From Marinifilum sp. (GTDB taxonomy: Bacteria > UBA9089 > CG2-30-40-21), in the NCBI GenBank assembly GCA_020717845.1, contig DYDG01000001.1, forward strand, positions 1 through 56,569: DNA of 56,569 nt. The letters are read 5' to 3'. The notes beneath the pieces were generated by a model. That model was not told the DNA's origin. It saw only the letters and a list, made by a program, of their open reading frames with translations, and searched no databases. Every line of letters starts with the position of its first letter. Position 1 is the first letter of the stretch. A program made the position numbers and the translations under genes. Below, piece after piece: positions 38,562 to 48,129 of this stretch.

Positions 38562-39923
38562 TTACCTGCCGCCAATGGTTACATCCTGAACCCTGATATG
38601 TGGACCACCGGTGGAGACAGGCAAAGGGCTTTGACCTGCCTTACCGCAGCCACCAAGTCCACCATAAAACACGACATCATTCCCAATGGCATCAATATTA
38701 GCCAGGGTTTCAAAGACATTTCCAGTTAACACCACATCTCGCAAGGGTTTTGTTATCCTGCCATTTTCAATCAAAAATGCCTCCTCCGCAGAAAAAGTGA
38801 ACATCTCGCAATTGGTCATGCCGCCTATAGCACCCCTGGCATAAACACCAAGGGAAACCCCCTCAAGCATTTCTTCAAATTTACAGTTTCGAGATTCAAG
38901 ATAGGTGTTTGACATCCGGACAATTGGTTCATGAGAATAATCTATTGCCCTGGCATTACCTGATAACGGTTCATTCATCATCAATGATGTTTCCCTTGAA
39001 TGAAGCCGATTAGATAGTATCCCATCCTTAATAAGATATGTTTTTGTCCCTGGCACACCCTCATCATCATAAGGGTAGTATCCTGCCTCTCCCTCCAGTC
39101 CAGGAAAATCAACTATGGATAAATCATCTGCTCCAAATCTTGCCCCCAATGGCATCAACCCCTGCAGATGTGGATTTTCATATAAAAAATCCGCTTCAGA
39201 GAGGTGTCCAAAGGCTTCATGGACAAAAACACCGCACAGCTTTGGATCAATGATAACCGTATACTTTCCGCCAGAGATTTGTTCGGCTGACAACAGGTCA
39301 ACGGCTGACTTTGCCACAGACTCAGCCTTATCCTCAAGCCCCTCTACCTGTGCATAACCCCTGAAATCCCCTGTGCTAAAGTGAGACTGCTGAATATTGC
39401 TGCCTTCCTTGGCAATTGCAGCCAGGCTTATCCCGCAAAAAATACCCTGTTGTGAAAGATACGTTCCTTCAGAGGTCAGCAGGTATTTTTTCAGGGCAAT
39501 ATCCCTGTATCTGACGCTTGTTGTCTGAACCTTAGGGGTATTAAGAATCAGACGATTATATGTTTCACACAGTTGTTGTTTTTCGGATAAGGAAACCTGT
39601 ATCGGGTCTTTACCCCATCCTATCAGGTATTCGGCTGTAATCGGGGTAATCTGGGCAAGCCTTGCCCCAGAATTTCCCACCAGACGAGCCATATCAGCTG
39701 CCTTCAAAACATTTGCCTTCAGATTATCAATATCGTTAAATGAAGCAAACCCCCAGCCGCCATTACTCAACACCCGCACACAGCCACCCCTTCGTTCAAC
39801 CGTGCCTATCTGCTCCAGTTCCCTGCCTACAAAATCCACCCTGGTTCTGGTTGTTTCTTCAATCCTAATCTCGATATAATCTACTGGAACATCTTTTATT
39901 GCTTCCCATAAGTATTCTCGCAT
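38562..39923 (-). CDS. tldD: TldD/PmbA-family metalloprotease
   Basis: HEAFGHLSEADF motif and a Gly-rich C-terminus. ATG 39923 is preferred; the upstream ORF extension reads through repeat DNA. Confidence 0.85.
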   Translation of the reverse strand: MREYLWEAIKDVPVDYIEIRIEETTRTRVDFVGRELEQIGTVERRGGCVRVLSNGGWGFASFNDIDNLKANVLKAADMARLVGNSGARLAQITPITAEYLIGWGKDPIQVSLSEKQQLCETYNRLILNTPKVQTTSVRYRDIALKKYLLTSEGTYLSQQGIFCGISLAAIAKEGSNIQQSHFSTGDFRGYAQVEGLEDKAESVAKSAVDLLSAEQISGGKYTVIIDPKLCGVFVHEAFGHLSEADFLYENPHLQGLMPLGARFGADDLSIVDFPGLEGEAGYYPYDDEGVPGTKTYLIKDGILSNRLHSRETSLMMNEPLSGNARAIDYSHEPIVRMSNTYLESRNCKFEEMLEGVSLGVYARGAIGGMTNCEMFTFSAEEAFLIENGRITKPLRDVVLTGNVFETLANIDAIGNDVVFYGGLGGCGKAGQSPLPVSTGGPHIRVQDVTIGGR

Positions 39924-39955
39924 TTTATCTCCTTGTTGAATGGTGAGTGATAACC

Positions 39956-40295
39956 GGTGATCGGTGATCAGATTGCACAGATCGCAAAATATTGGCAATG
40001 GGTCCGTGAACAGTAGGAAAGCATACAAACGTGAATTGCGAATCTGAAGCCGCACTCCCTCACCCTCTCTCACAAGAAGCGAGGGAATATGTGGTATCCA
40101 CCCTGCACCATTCCACTGTTTCCATCCGAATTAATCAGGGCGGGGTGACCCCGCCCCTACTCCTGCCCCCTGCTTTCCGTTCCACCGTTCCAGCACCACT
40201 CTACTATTTCCACATCACTCTTTTGTTCTTTTGCCGCTCACCCGCTGTTTGCCTCCCAATGACTGACCGATTACAAATATCGATCACCGATCACC
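39956..40295. repeat. Inverted GGTGATCGGTGATC words bracketing a 312-bp non-coding segment that holds a GC hairpin
   Basis: Perfect 14-bp inverted repeat at 39956-39969 and 40282-40295. Hairpin GGGCGGGG-TGA-CCCCGCCC at 40138-40156. Confidence 0.7.
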
Positions 40296-40299
40296 AGTT

Positions 40300-42000
40300 T
40301 CATCGTTCACCAATTTCTACAGGTATCTTCACAACAAACGTGCTTCCCTCATCCAGACGGCTTTCTACAGAAATCTCTCCGCCATGAGCCTCAATGATAC
40401 CCTTTGCCACGGCTAATCCCATTCCCACCCCGCCTGTGCTTCTCGTGGCTGATGGATCTACCTGATAGAAAGGCTCAAATATTCGCGTATGATTAGCAGG
40501 ATCAATCCCTATGCCTGTATCTGAAACCCTGATTTCAATATCGTCCACACCTTGTTTAACAGAGATTGTTATCTTTCCATTTTCAGGAGTAAACTTTATG
40601 GCATTATCCAGCATATATTCAATAGCCTTTTTGAGTTGAGAAGGATCTCCAAAAACAGTTATTTCTTCAGCAGATGTCTCACAAAAAAGAAAGATATTCT
40701 TTTTCTGAGCCAGCTTTTTTATTCTATCAAAAAACACCCCTGTCTTGTCCCGGCGAAGTTCCTCTGCATTTATCAACCCATCTATCAATCTTGAAATACT
40801 GATCGATTCCTTTTTTAGATTAAAATTCTTCAACTCTATCTTTGCAAAGCCTATAAAGCTTTCTATCAGCATATCCAGACGATCAGCCTCATCAGCAATA
40901 ACCTGCAGAAAATCCTTATCTCTTTCCTTACTAACCTCATCTATGAGTATCTCAGTGTATGCCTTGATAGAGGTTAATGGTGTTCTTAGCTCATGGGAAA
41001 ATATGGAAAGAAGTGTCGCTTTGATGGCGAAAAATCTTTTTTCTGTAGAAATATCCTGTAGAACAATAACAACCCCAGAAAACCCTGAAAAAGATCCATC
41101 CTTATCCTTGAGGGGTGTTATCCTTGCCAGAATGGTTCTGGATTCTTTTTCACCTTTTTCGCCCCCATCTAAAAGAATCTGACAGGAAACATTCTTTTCT
41201 TTTTTCAAGGCTTGTTCTATGGAACTACTCAAGGGTGTTTCTGAAAAAAATTGACCTATCGGCTTGTTAATCATATCCTTTTCTTGAATGTTCAGCAAGC
41301 AATAGCTCTTTGCATTTGCCGATAAAACTATCTGGTTAGCATCAACACTAATAACCCCTTCACTCATGTTATCAAGGACAGCCTGAAGAAGATTTGTTGT
41401 TGATATAATCTTTTGGTTAGCAAGAGCCAATTCCTCATTCTTTGTCTGAAGAATATGACGAACAACCCGCGAAAGATGACCGCTTAAAAAAGCAACCAAA
41501 AAGGCAATTATTGTTGTATATGTAACGATAAAAAAAGAAACATTCTTATAGTTGTCTTCATAGAAAAAATCAGAGGTATGGATATGCGGGATAGCACCTG
41601 TAAATTCCAGAGCAATCACCATTCCATAGCATAACAAGCAAATTGTTGCAAAAAAATATCCCCTCTTTATTCCCATACGGATGGATTCCCCTGTAATTAC
41701 CATCAAATATAGATAAATAAAGATGCTTTCTATACCGCCAGAATAATGGATACCAATGGTTATCAGTAGAATATTTATCACTGGCTGGACATGCTTTATT
41801 GTTCTTAAACACCATTTTTGTTTGATAAATACAGAAAACATGCCATTTATCAAACAGGTAAGGAAAATTATCCCTATAATATGAGAAAAAGAAATGGATA
41901 ATTTACTTATCCATGCAACGGATAGGATTAACAGGATAGAAAGGAGAACAAAAAACACCATTTTGGTTCGACTTTGAAGAAGGATCAATAATTCTTTCAT
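40300..42000 (-). CDS. Membrane sensor histidine kinase (multi-TM, PAS, HisKA, HATPase)
   Basis: About 6 TM segments, a PAS-like segment, the H-box SHELRTPLTS and N/G boxes. ATG 42000 has GAGGTG upstream. Confidence 0.85.
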   Translation of the reverse strand: MKELLILLQSRTKMVFFVLLSILLILSVAWISKLSISFSHIIGIIFLTCLINGMFSVFIKQKWCLRTIKHVQPVINILLITIGIHYSGGIESIFIYLYLMVITGESIRMGIKRGYFFATICLLCYGMVIALEFTGAIPHIHTSDFFYEDNYKNVSFFIVTYTTIIAFLVAFLSGHLSRVVRHILQTKNEELALANQKIISTTNLLQAVLDNMSEGVISVDANQIVLSANAKSYCLLNIQEKDMINKPIGQFFSETPLSSSIEQALKKEKNVSCQILLDGGEKGEKESRTILARITPLKDKDGSFSGFSGVVIVLQDISTEKRFFAIKATLLSIFSHELRTPLTSIKAYTEILIDEVSKERDKDFLQVIADEADRLDMLIESFIGFAKIELKNFNLKKESISISRLIDGLINAEELRRDKTGVFFDRIKKLAQKKNIFLFCETSAEEITVFGDPSQLKKAIEYMLDNAIKFTPENGKITISVKQGVDDIEIRVSDTGIGIDPANHTRIFEPFYQVDPSATRSTGGVGMGLAVAKGIIEAHGGEISVESRLDEGSTFVVKIPVEIGER

Positions 42001-42024
42001 GTTACACCTCAAGCTTTCCAACGT

Positions 42025-42220
42025 AACACAGACATTCTTGTCTGTGTTTGTTCACCATCTTTACCTCTGCATCGCAATCAAATCTTAGCTTGCCACAACA
42101 ACAAGGCGAACACCGCACATTGCAATCTTTTACCCATGAAGTCATTTGTTCGCACCCCAAGCACACACAGACTGAAAGCCTGTGCTGCTCTTACACAGAC
42201 ACAGACAAGAATGTCTGTGT
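42025..42220. repeat. Inverted pair of ACACAGAC-N6-GTCTGTGT hairpins flanking ~150 bp
   Basis: AACACAGACATTCTTGTCTGTGTT (42025-42048) and ACACAGACAAGAATGTCTGTGT (42199-42220). Each arm is itself a hairpin. Confidence 0.8.
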
Positions 42221-42231
42221 TACAAGCTCCT

Positions 42232-42537
42232 CTACCGTGAAAACAACCGCTTGAAGAAACTGGCTTTCTTCTCTTCAGAATGCTCCAAAATCTGGTCTAA
42301 CTCCCCACGGTCAAGCCATATTCCTTCACACCTTTCACATTTATCGGCAGATATTCCTTCTATCATGAATTCCTGAAGCAGATGTCCGCATTTTGGGCAA
42401 TGCATATAGTGAGATTTTTTTAAGGCATCAGCCTCTTCCATCCTTTTCCTTTCCTTTGCCTTTTCCATCAATTCCTGTTCGTGTTCCTTAAACCAGACGC
42501 TTTCGTGTTCCATTTCAACAGCTTTTTCTTTTTCCAT
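42232..42537 (-). CDS. Zinc-ribbon (zf-TFIIB-type, CxxC...CxxC) protein
   Basis: HCPKCGH...DKCERCEGIWLDRGELDQI. ATG 42537 has AAGGAG 8 nt upstream. Confidence 0.7.
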   Translation of the reverse strand: MEKEKAVEMEHESVWFKEHEQELMEKAKERKRMEEADALKKSHYMHCPKCGHLLQEFMIEGISADKCERCEGIWLDRGELDQILEHSEEKKASFFKRLFSR

Positions 42538-42565
42538 AATTTTTCTCCTTATTGTTTGAAGATTA

Positions 42566-42648
42566 ACCACAGAGGACACAAAGAAATTCACAGAGTTCAC
42601 AAAGAAAAATCTTTGTGAACTTTGTGTCTACTTTGTGTTCTTTGTGGT
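42566..42648. repeat. ~83-bp imperfect palindrome built from CACAAAG/CTTTGTG words
   Basis: Read directly. The centre is TTCACAAAG-AAAAAT-CTTTGTGAA. Same word family as 3358-3400. Confidence 0.8.
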
Positions 42649-42658
42649 AAAAATTCTC

Positions 42659-43459
42659 TCACTCCTCATCCTTTGCTACCGGCAAAATAACCCTCACCCC
42701 TGTCCCTTTACCAGGATAAGAGGCAATCTCTATCCTTCCACCGTGATCATGGATTGTTTTCTGAACAATAGGCAACCCAAGACCAGTCCCAGCTGATTTA
42801 GTAGAATAAAACAGGTCAAATATCCTTGTCATCTGTTCCTTTGAAATGCCTATGCCTGTATCCTGTATCTCCAGACAGACACAGTCTCTTTCTCCCTTTT
42901 CGCTTTTTTCTCCCTTTTCGTTCACTTTTGCTTTACATTCTGCACCTGGCAACAAAAAGGTAGTTACGGTCAGCGTCCCCCCATTTAACATAGCCTGATT
43001 TGCATTCAGGATAAGGTTCAGGACAACTTGTTTTATCTGGTTAGCGTCCACCAATATCTCTGGCAAATCATTTGAAAATTGCTTAACAATTTTAATATTA
43101 CAAGCATGACATTCTGCATCGACAAATCTTAACACATCACTTAGCAAAGAGTTCAAGTTTTCTTTTTTCAACATAGGTTTAGCTTGTCGAACAAACCGTC
43201 CAAACTCCCGCAATATCCCATCAATCTGAGAAATCCCTACCTTTATCTGCATCAAGCTATCGCATAAATCCTCTCGTTCCTCTCCTATCTCCTCTTCCAG
43301 TAGCTGAACATGGGCATAAACACTATTTAATGGGTTACGAATTTCATGGATAATCCCTTTTGCCAGGGTTTCAAGATTATATTCATTTGGAAAGCAGCTT
43401 TTCCGGTCTTTCCGTTCTTTCCGGTCTTCTTGCCCTTTCTGCCCCTGGGTTTTTTTCAA
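42659..43459 (-). CDS. Cytoplasmic histidine kinase (HisKA + HATPase_c, no sensor domain)
   Basis: H-box IHEIRNPLNSV and G-boxes DTGIGI / GTGLGL. Carries an NEKGEKSEKGER insertion in the ATPase domain. Confidence 0.85.
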   Translation of the reverse strand: MKKTQGQKGQEDRKERKDRKSCFPNEYNLETLAKGIIHEIRNPLNSVYAHVQLLEEEIGEEREDLCDSLMQIKVGISQIDGILREFGRFVRQAKPMLKKENLNSLLSDVLRFVDAECHACNIKIVKQFSNDLPEILVDANQIKQVVLNLILNANQAMLNGGTLTVTTFLLPGAECKAKVNEKGEKSEKGERDCVCLEIQDTGIGISKEQMTRIFDLFYSTKSAGTGLGLPIVQKTIHDHGGRIEIASYPGKGTGVRVILPVAKDEE

Positions 43460-44478
43460 TCCATTGCCCCCCTCAACTGCTCAGCAGCCATCTCAGGTGG
43501 TGTAGGATTGATATAAAACCCTGTGCCCCATTCAAACCCAGCCAGTTTGGTAAGTCTGGGCATTATCTCAATATGCCAGTGATATTCACTTACATGATAT
43601 TTATTAAAGGGTGAAGAATGAATAAAGAGATTGTAGGGACAATCTCCAAGAATTTTCTCCATACGCATAAAGGTCTCTTTTACCACCTTTGCTACATCCA
43701 GGGCTTCTTCCTCCTGAATGTTTTCAAAGGAAGAGACATGCTCTGCAGGCAGGATACATATCTCAAAAGGCACCCTTGAAGCAAACGGGGCAATAGCTAT
43801 AAAGGATGGATCATCAACAATCAACCGTTCTTTTAGCCGCCTCTCTTCCCGGACAATATCACAAAAGATACACCTTTCCTTGTAAGCATAGTATTCCAGA
43901 ACCCCTTCTATCTCTTCCATAATAGATTTAGGCACTATAGGGGTAGCCAATAATTGAGAATGCGGGTGTTTTAATTGTCCACCAGCACCATAGCCATGAT
44001 TACAAATAATAACTATTTGTCTGAATCTTTTGTCTTCTTTTAGTGTTAAAACTCTTTGTTTATATGTCCAGAAAATATGATAAATTTCATCAATGCTCAT
44101 GGTAGCTAATGTTTTATCATGGAACGGGCTTTCAATAATTATCTCATGTGCCCCAATATTGTCCATCTTATCATACATCCCGTCCCCAATTCTTTCTACC
44201 TCTCCATAAAAATCCAGGATTGGATACTTATCCTCAACCACTCGTATCATCCATTCTTTCTCTGCTTTTGAAAGAGATTTTAAGTTATCCTGTTTTTTCA
44301 GATAATGAACAACAAATAATTCCTTGTCGTTTTTTTCTGATTCATGACCAGGGCAAAAAGGACATAATTTCTCTTCTTTCCAATCCACACTGACAGTAAA
44401 ATCTGTTGGTCTTTTAGCCCTTTCTACAGAGATTATTACCCATCGTCCGGTTATTGGGTCCTTTCTTAGCTCTGACAT
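43456..44478 (-). CDS. galT: Galactose-1-phosphate uridylyltransferase
   Basis: CPFCPGHE zinc motif and the KHPHSQ active-site His-Pro-His. Confidence 0.85.
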   Translation of the reverse strand: MSELRKDPITGRWVIISVERAKRPTDFTVSVDWKEEKLCPFCPGHESEKNDKELFVVHYLKKQDNLKSLSKAEKEWMIRVVEDKYPILDFYGEVERIGDGMYDKMDNIGAHEIIIESPFHDKTLATMSIDEIYHIFWTYKQRVLTLKEDKRFRQIVIICNHGYGAGGQLKHPHSQLLATPIVPKSIMEEIEGVLEYYAYKERCIFCDIVREERRLKERLIVDDPSFIAIAPFASRVPFEICILPAEHVSSFENIQEEEALDVAKVVKETFMRMEKILGDCPYNLFIHSSPFNKYHVSEYHWHIEIMPRLTKLAGFEWGTGFYINPTPPEMAAEQLRGAMD

Positions 44479-45278
44479 TTACATGCTGCTCCTTTAGTAA
44501 AGTCTGATATTGGTATCCAAACAATCCGTTCATCCGAAAGTTTTACCCTTACCTGTTCCTTGACAACATTTATCTCTGTAATTACCCCCTGACTATCTCC
44601 AACCTTTACCCTGGAGCCCTCCCTGGGAACACACCGCCTGACAGCTGCATAATTTTTATGCTCATATCCAAGGCAGCACATTAATCTGCCACAAATACCG
44701 GATATCTTGCTTGGAGTAAGGATAAGGTTTTGCTCCTTTGCCATTTTTATGGTAACAGGATTAAACTCCTTTAAGAATGATCCACAGCACAAATCCCTGC
44801 CACACCAGCTATACCCGCCAAAAACCTTAGCTTCATCCCTGACACCAATCTGATGCATTTCAATCCTTGCCTTAAAATGATGAGCCATATCCTTAACCAA
44901 ATCTCTGAAATCAATCCTTCCCTCAGCTGTAAAGCAAAAGACTATCTTTGTGCCATCAAACATATACCTGACAGCAACTAACTTCATATTCATATCCCTA
45001 TTAGCAATCTTTTTTGAACAAACCATATATGCTTCAGATTCTTTTTTCTTATTTTTTTCCGCAATTTCTATATCCTCTTCTGTTGCTACTCTTACAACCT
45101 TTGAATACTTTATGTTTTCATCATTAACAGCCGTTACATTTTGAACAACCGTGCCTATATCAAGACAGCGTTCTGATTCAACAATACACATATTCCCTTT
45201 TTTCAGCTCTATCCCATTAGCATTAAAAAAATATGTATTGCTGTCCTTCTCAAACTTAATTCCAACCCGTTCTATCAT
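44466..45278 (-). CDS. yaaT: PSP1-domain protein (YaaT/RicT-like)
   Basis: 270 aa with a PSP1 C-terminal Cys cluster (CGRDLCC...ICGRLMCCLGYE). Conserved neighbourhood with holB and tmk. Confidence 0.85.
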   Translation of the reverse strand: MIERVGIKFEKDSNTYFFNANGIELKKGNMCIVESERCLDIGTVVQNVTAVNDENIKYSKVVRVATEEDIEIAEKNKKKESEAYMVCSKKIANRDMNMKLVAVRYMFDGTKIVFCFTAEGRIDFRDLVKDMAHHFKARIEMHQIGVRDEAKVFGGYSWCGRDLCCGSFLKEFNPVTIKMAKEQNLILTPSKISGICGRLMCCLGYEHKNYAAVRRCVPREGSRVKVGDSQGVITEINVVKEQVRVKLSDERIVWIPISDFTKGAACKCQS

Positions 45279-45294
45279 CTATACCTCCATGTTT

Positions 45295-45540
45295 GAAATG
45301 CGAAATTAGGAAGGGAGAATGCGTATTAAAAGACTTCGTAACAGTTCAGCTAACCGCAGAGACGCAAAGAAAAAATCAGAGGACAGAGCACAGATGAGAG
45401 ACTACAGATTCTTTCTTTTTGCCTTTCTATGTTCTGGATTCTAATTTTTGTTAATTTCTCTGCGTCTCTGCGGTGAACTATTACAAGATTTGTTTCTCTT
45501 CTACGCTCTGTTGTGCCGCATTCCTACTTCCGCATTTTTT
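45295..45540. repeat. ~245-bp nested palindrome between yaaT and holB
   Basis: Outer arms AAATGCGAAATTAGGAAG..GAATGCG (45295-45323) and CGCATTCCTACTTCCGCATTTTTT (45517-45540). Perfect 13-bp inner inverted repeat CCGCAGAGACGCA (45354-45366) / 45461-45473. Confidence 0.8.
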
Positions 45541-46463
45541 CATATATCTACCAACCTAAAAAGCATTATTTCCAATCCAAGCTGAAGATTTATATTTCTT
45601 GCAATCTGGTTTTTTACCTTTAGCACCTCATCCCTTGCTTTAGCACGTGCATTAGTGGCGAAAAAGCTTGGAATCATCCAGATAATGATGTCCAGAATAA
45701 TCTCTATATCATCAGAGTTTTTTTTTATCTCTTCAGCAAGGTTGAATATCTTTACTTTGTCTCTTTTCCTAAATATTTCTTCAAAAAACCCCTGTAGTAT
45801 AGACAAATACTTTCCAATATTCTTTTCCTTATACTCCATAGCCTTACCCGGTCTGCCAGCAGAAATATTTGTCAACAAAGACGCTTCTTCCTGACTCAGA
45901 CCCTTTTCACAAAGAACCTTTTCCTCATTCTGCAGAGAAAGGAGATTGAATCTTACCACTTGACATCTGGATACAATTGTTGAAAACAATGAATCAAGTG
46001 CATTAGTAGTCAGGATAAATAATGTCCTGTCTGAAGGCTCCTCCAATATCTTCAAGAAAGCATTTGCAGCCTCAGAATTCATCTTTTCCACTTCTTTTAA
46101 GATGTAAACCCTGTATCGAGCCTCAAATACACTTAAGGATACCTCTTTAATTATCTGTCTAATTTGTCCAATCTTGATAAAACTGCCATCAGCAGATATT
46201 TCTCGGACATCTGGATATTTTTTTTCATCAATCCTAACACACACATTGCAGGAACCACATCCTTGATACGGACAATTAATAGCTTTTACCACAACTTTCG
46301 CAGTAGTAGCCTTTCCTACCCCTTTTGTACCAAAAAAAAGATATGCAGATGGAATCCTTCCAGCATAAATAGACTGCCTAAGAATTTCTACTGCGTGGTC
46401 TTGTCCGATTATTTTATGAAATACGGTATCCTGTATTTCCACACTTTCCTCCGCATTCCGCAT
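45540..46463 (-). CDS. holB: DNA polymerase III delta' subunit
   Basis: IIGQDHAVEILRQSI...YLFFGTKGVGK, a Cys-rich zinc module and a clamp-loader AAA+ layout. Confidence 0.88.
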   Translation of the reverse strand: MRNAEESVEIQDTVFHKIIGQDHAVEILRQSIYAGRIPSAYLFFGTKGVGKATTAKVVVKAINCPYQGCGSCNVCVRIDEKKYPDVREISADGSFIKIGQIRQIIKEVSLSVFEARYRVYILKEVEKMNSEAANAFLKILEEPSDRTLFILTTNALDSLFSTIVSRCQVVRFNLLSLQNEEKVLCEKGLSQEEASLLTNISAGRPGKAMEYKEKNIGKYLSILQGFFEEIFRKRDKVKIFNLAEEIKKNSDDIEIILDIIIWMIPSFFATNARAKARDEVLKVKNQIARNINLQLGLEIMLFRLVDI

Positions 46464-46483
46464 TCTTACTTTCGCATTTTCCG

Positions 46484-46930
46484 TTATACATACATATCCA
46501 TCAACAATCCATTTATAAGGCTAAGCCTGGATGCAATAGCAAGAGGCTTTGCCTGTCTTTGTAACACATTCTCTGTCAAGGCAATAAGATTATTATTTAC
46601 CTTTTCTATAAAAAAATATACGTTCTTTTGACCTGTTTTTTGAACTGTAGGTTGATTAGTAGTATGTTTCTTAACTACATACAGCTCAGAGACAACCTCC
46701 TGGATAAAGTTTTTGACCATATCCTTATACTTTATCAGGTTATCATAAATAGGCGACTCAAGCAATACCTTCCCTTGTTCTGATACTTTGGACAGCAATA
46801 CATCAAGGGACGGCTTTATAGGAAAAAACAGGTTATTGTTATTAAACCCGTCTGTTTCCTCTATCGCATTCTTTTTATTTATCTTGTCTGAGGCTATATT
46901 CATCTCCTGAAGAAGTGTATTAACCTGCAT
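46484..46930 (-). CDS. DUF327 (YaaR-like) protein
   Basis: 148 aa. The position between tmk and holB matches Bacillus yaaR synteny; the sequence assignment itself is weaker. Confidence 0.55.
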   Translation of the reverse strand: MQVNTLLQEMNIASDKINKKNAIEETDGFNNNNLFFPIKPSLDVLLSKVSEQGKVLLESPIYDNLIKYKDMVKNFIQEVVSELYVVKKHTTNQPTVQKTGQKNVYFFIEKVNNNLIALTENVLQRQAKPLAIASRLSLINGLLMDMYV

Positions 46931-46936
46931 TTATAA

Positions 46937-47563
46937 TCACCTCATACATCTCTGCTTTGTATCCACACACTCACAAATCATCTGATGCACATCATCGACA
47001 TCCTTGCCTCCATCTATTACCTTAACCCTCTCTGGTTCTTGTTCTGCTATTTGAAGATACCCATGTCTGACTAAGCTGTGAAATTCAATATTTTCCTTCT
47101 CTATTCTATCCAATTTTTTGTTTACTGCCCGCAAAATCCCTTGCTCAGGCGTAATATCTAACAACAGTGTTAAATCAGGAACAATATCCCGGATAACCAT
47201 CTTCTGTAGTTTATTAATCAATTCCAAATTAAGCCCACGAGCATAACCCTGATACGCAATAGTAGCATCCATAAATCGATCACAGATTACAATCTTATTT
47301 TCTAATAGAGCCGGTTGAATCACCTCATAAACATGCTGAACACGAGAAGCAATATACAAAAGTAATTCTGTTAAATCATTCATGTCAGAATTTTGAGTAT
47401 CTAAAAGTACTTTTCTTATCTCCTCTCCAATATTGGTTCCACCAGGCTCTCTTGTATAAATGACATCATAACCATTTTTCTTAAGTCGTTCAACCAATAG
47501 CAATGATTGTGTACTTTTTCCACAATACTCTATCCCCTCAAATGTAATAAATATTCCAGACAT
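46937..47563 (-). CDS. tmk: Thymidylate kinase
   Basis: FITFEGIEYCGKSTQ P-loop and YTREPGGT. Confidence 0.93.
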   Translation of the reverse strand: MSGIFITFEGIEYCGKSTQSLLLVERLKKNGYDVIYTREPGGTNIGEEIRKVLLDTQNSDMNDLTELLLYIASRVQHVYEVIQPALLENKIVICDRFMDATIAYQGYARGLNLELINKLQKMVIRDIVPDLTLLLDITPEQGILRAVNKKLDRIEKENIEFHSLVRHGYLQIAEQEPERVKVIDGGKDVDDVHQMICECVDTKQRCMR

Positions 47564-48093
47564 TAAATCCTTCCTACAGCCTATCCACGTATCTTTCTTT
47601 TAACATATGATACCACATATACCAGAGGAAATCAAGCTGTTTTTTTTATAAAACAAAACTTGTTTTATATTATATATTTACAACTTTTTTTATTTTTCTC
47701 TGATTTTTTTTGTTGCTTTTTTTCAAGAGTATGATATAATTATAATTATCGATGTAAGGCAGCCTGTGAATAACTTGTGAATAAAGTGAAAATTCCTCTA
47801 CACTACAGCGTTTATATATAAAACTGGGAAATATAACAAGCCTTTAATTTATCAGAAAATTTTACGTAATTACTTATATCTCAATAAGTTATCATAATAA
47901 CCGTTTTATAATTCAATAATTTTTAAAATATAGACAAATTAAAAAGTTTTCTTGTGAATAATCTGTGAATAAGTCTATAACTATAAAAAATAACATTAAT
48001 TAAGAAGGATAATTAAAGAACCTTTACTTCTAAGTATTCAAGGGAGGGAGAATACTTTGGGAGAAGACAGGGATAAAACTGTATTCTCTCAAG
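47564..48093. other. oriC: oriC, upstream part: AT-rich unwinding region plus two pairs of DnaA boxes
   Basis: T-tract/AT-rich segment ~47640-47755. TGTGAATAA (reverse complement TTATTCACA) at 47765-47773, 47776-47784, 47953-47961 and 47964-47972, with 11-bp spacing within each pair. Gene orientation switches from - to + here. Confidence 0.8.
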
Positions 48094-48129
48094 GTGAGGG
48101 AACTCTGTGAAAAAAGGGAGGTTACGAAG

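Noticed and set aside
47564-48093. The compositional step at the origin as evidence of a chimeric assembly
   Set aside because: Near-identical repeat units occur on both sides (13899-13930 versus 52011-52044, and 42028-42045 versus 51449-51466). The junction also has the expected oriC architecture. This still deserves a read-level check.
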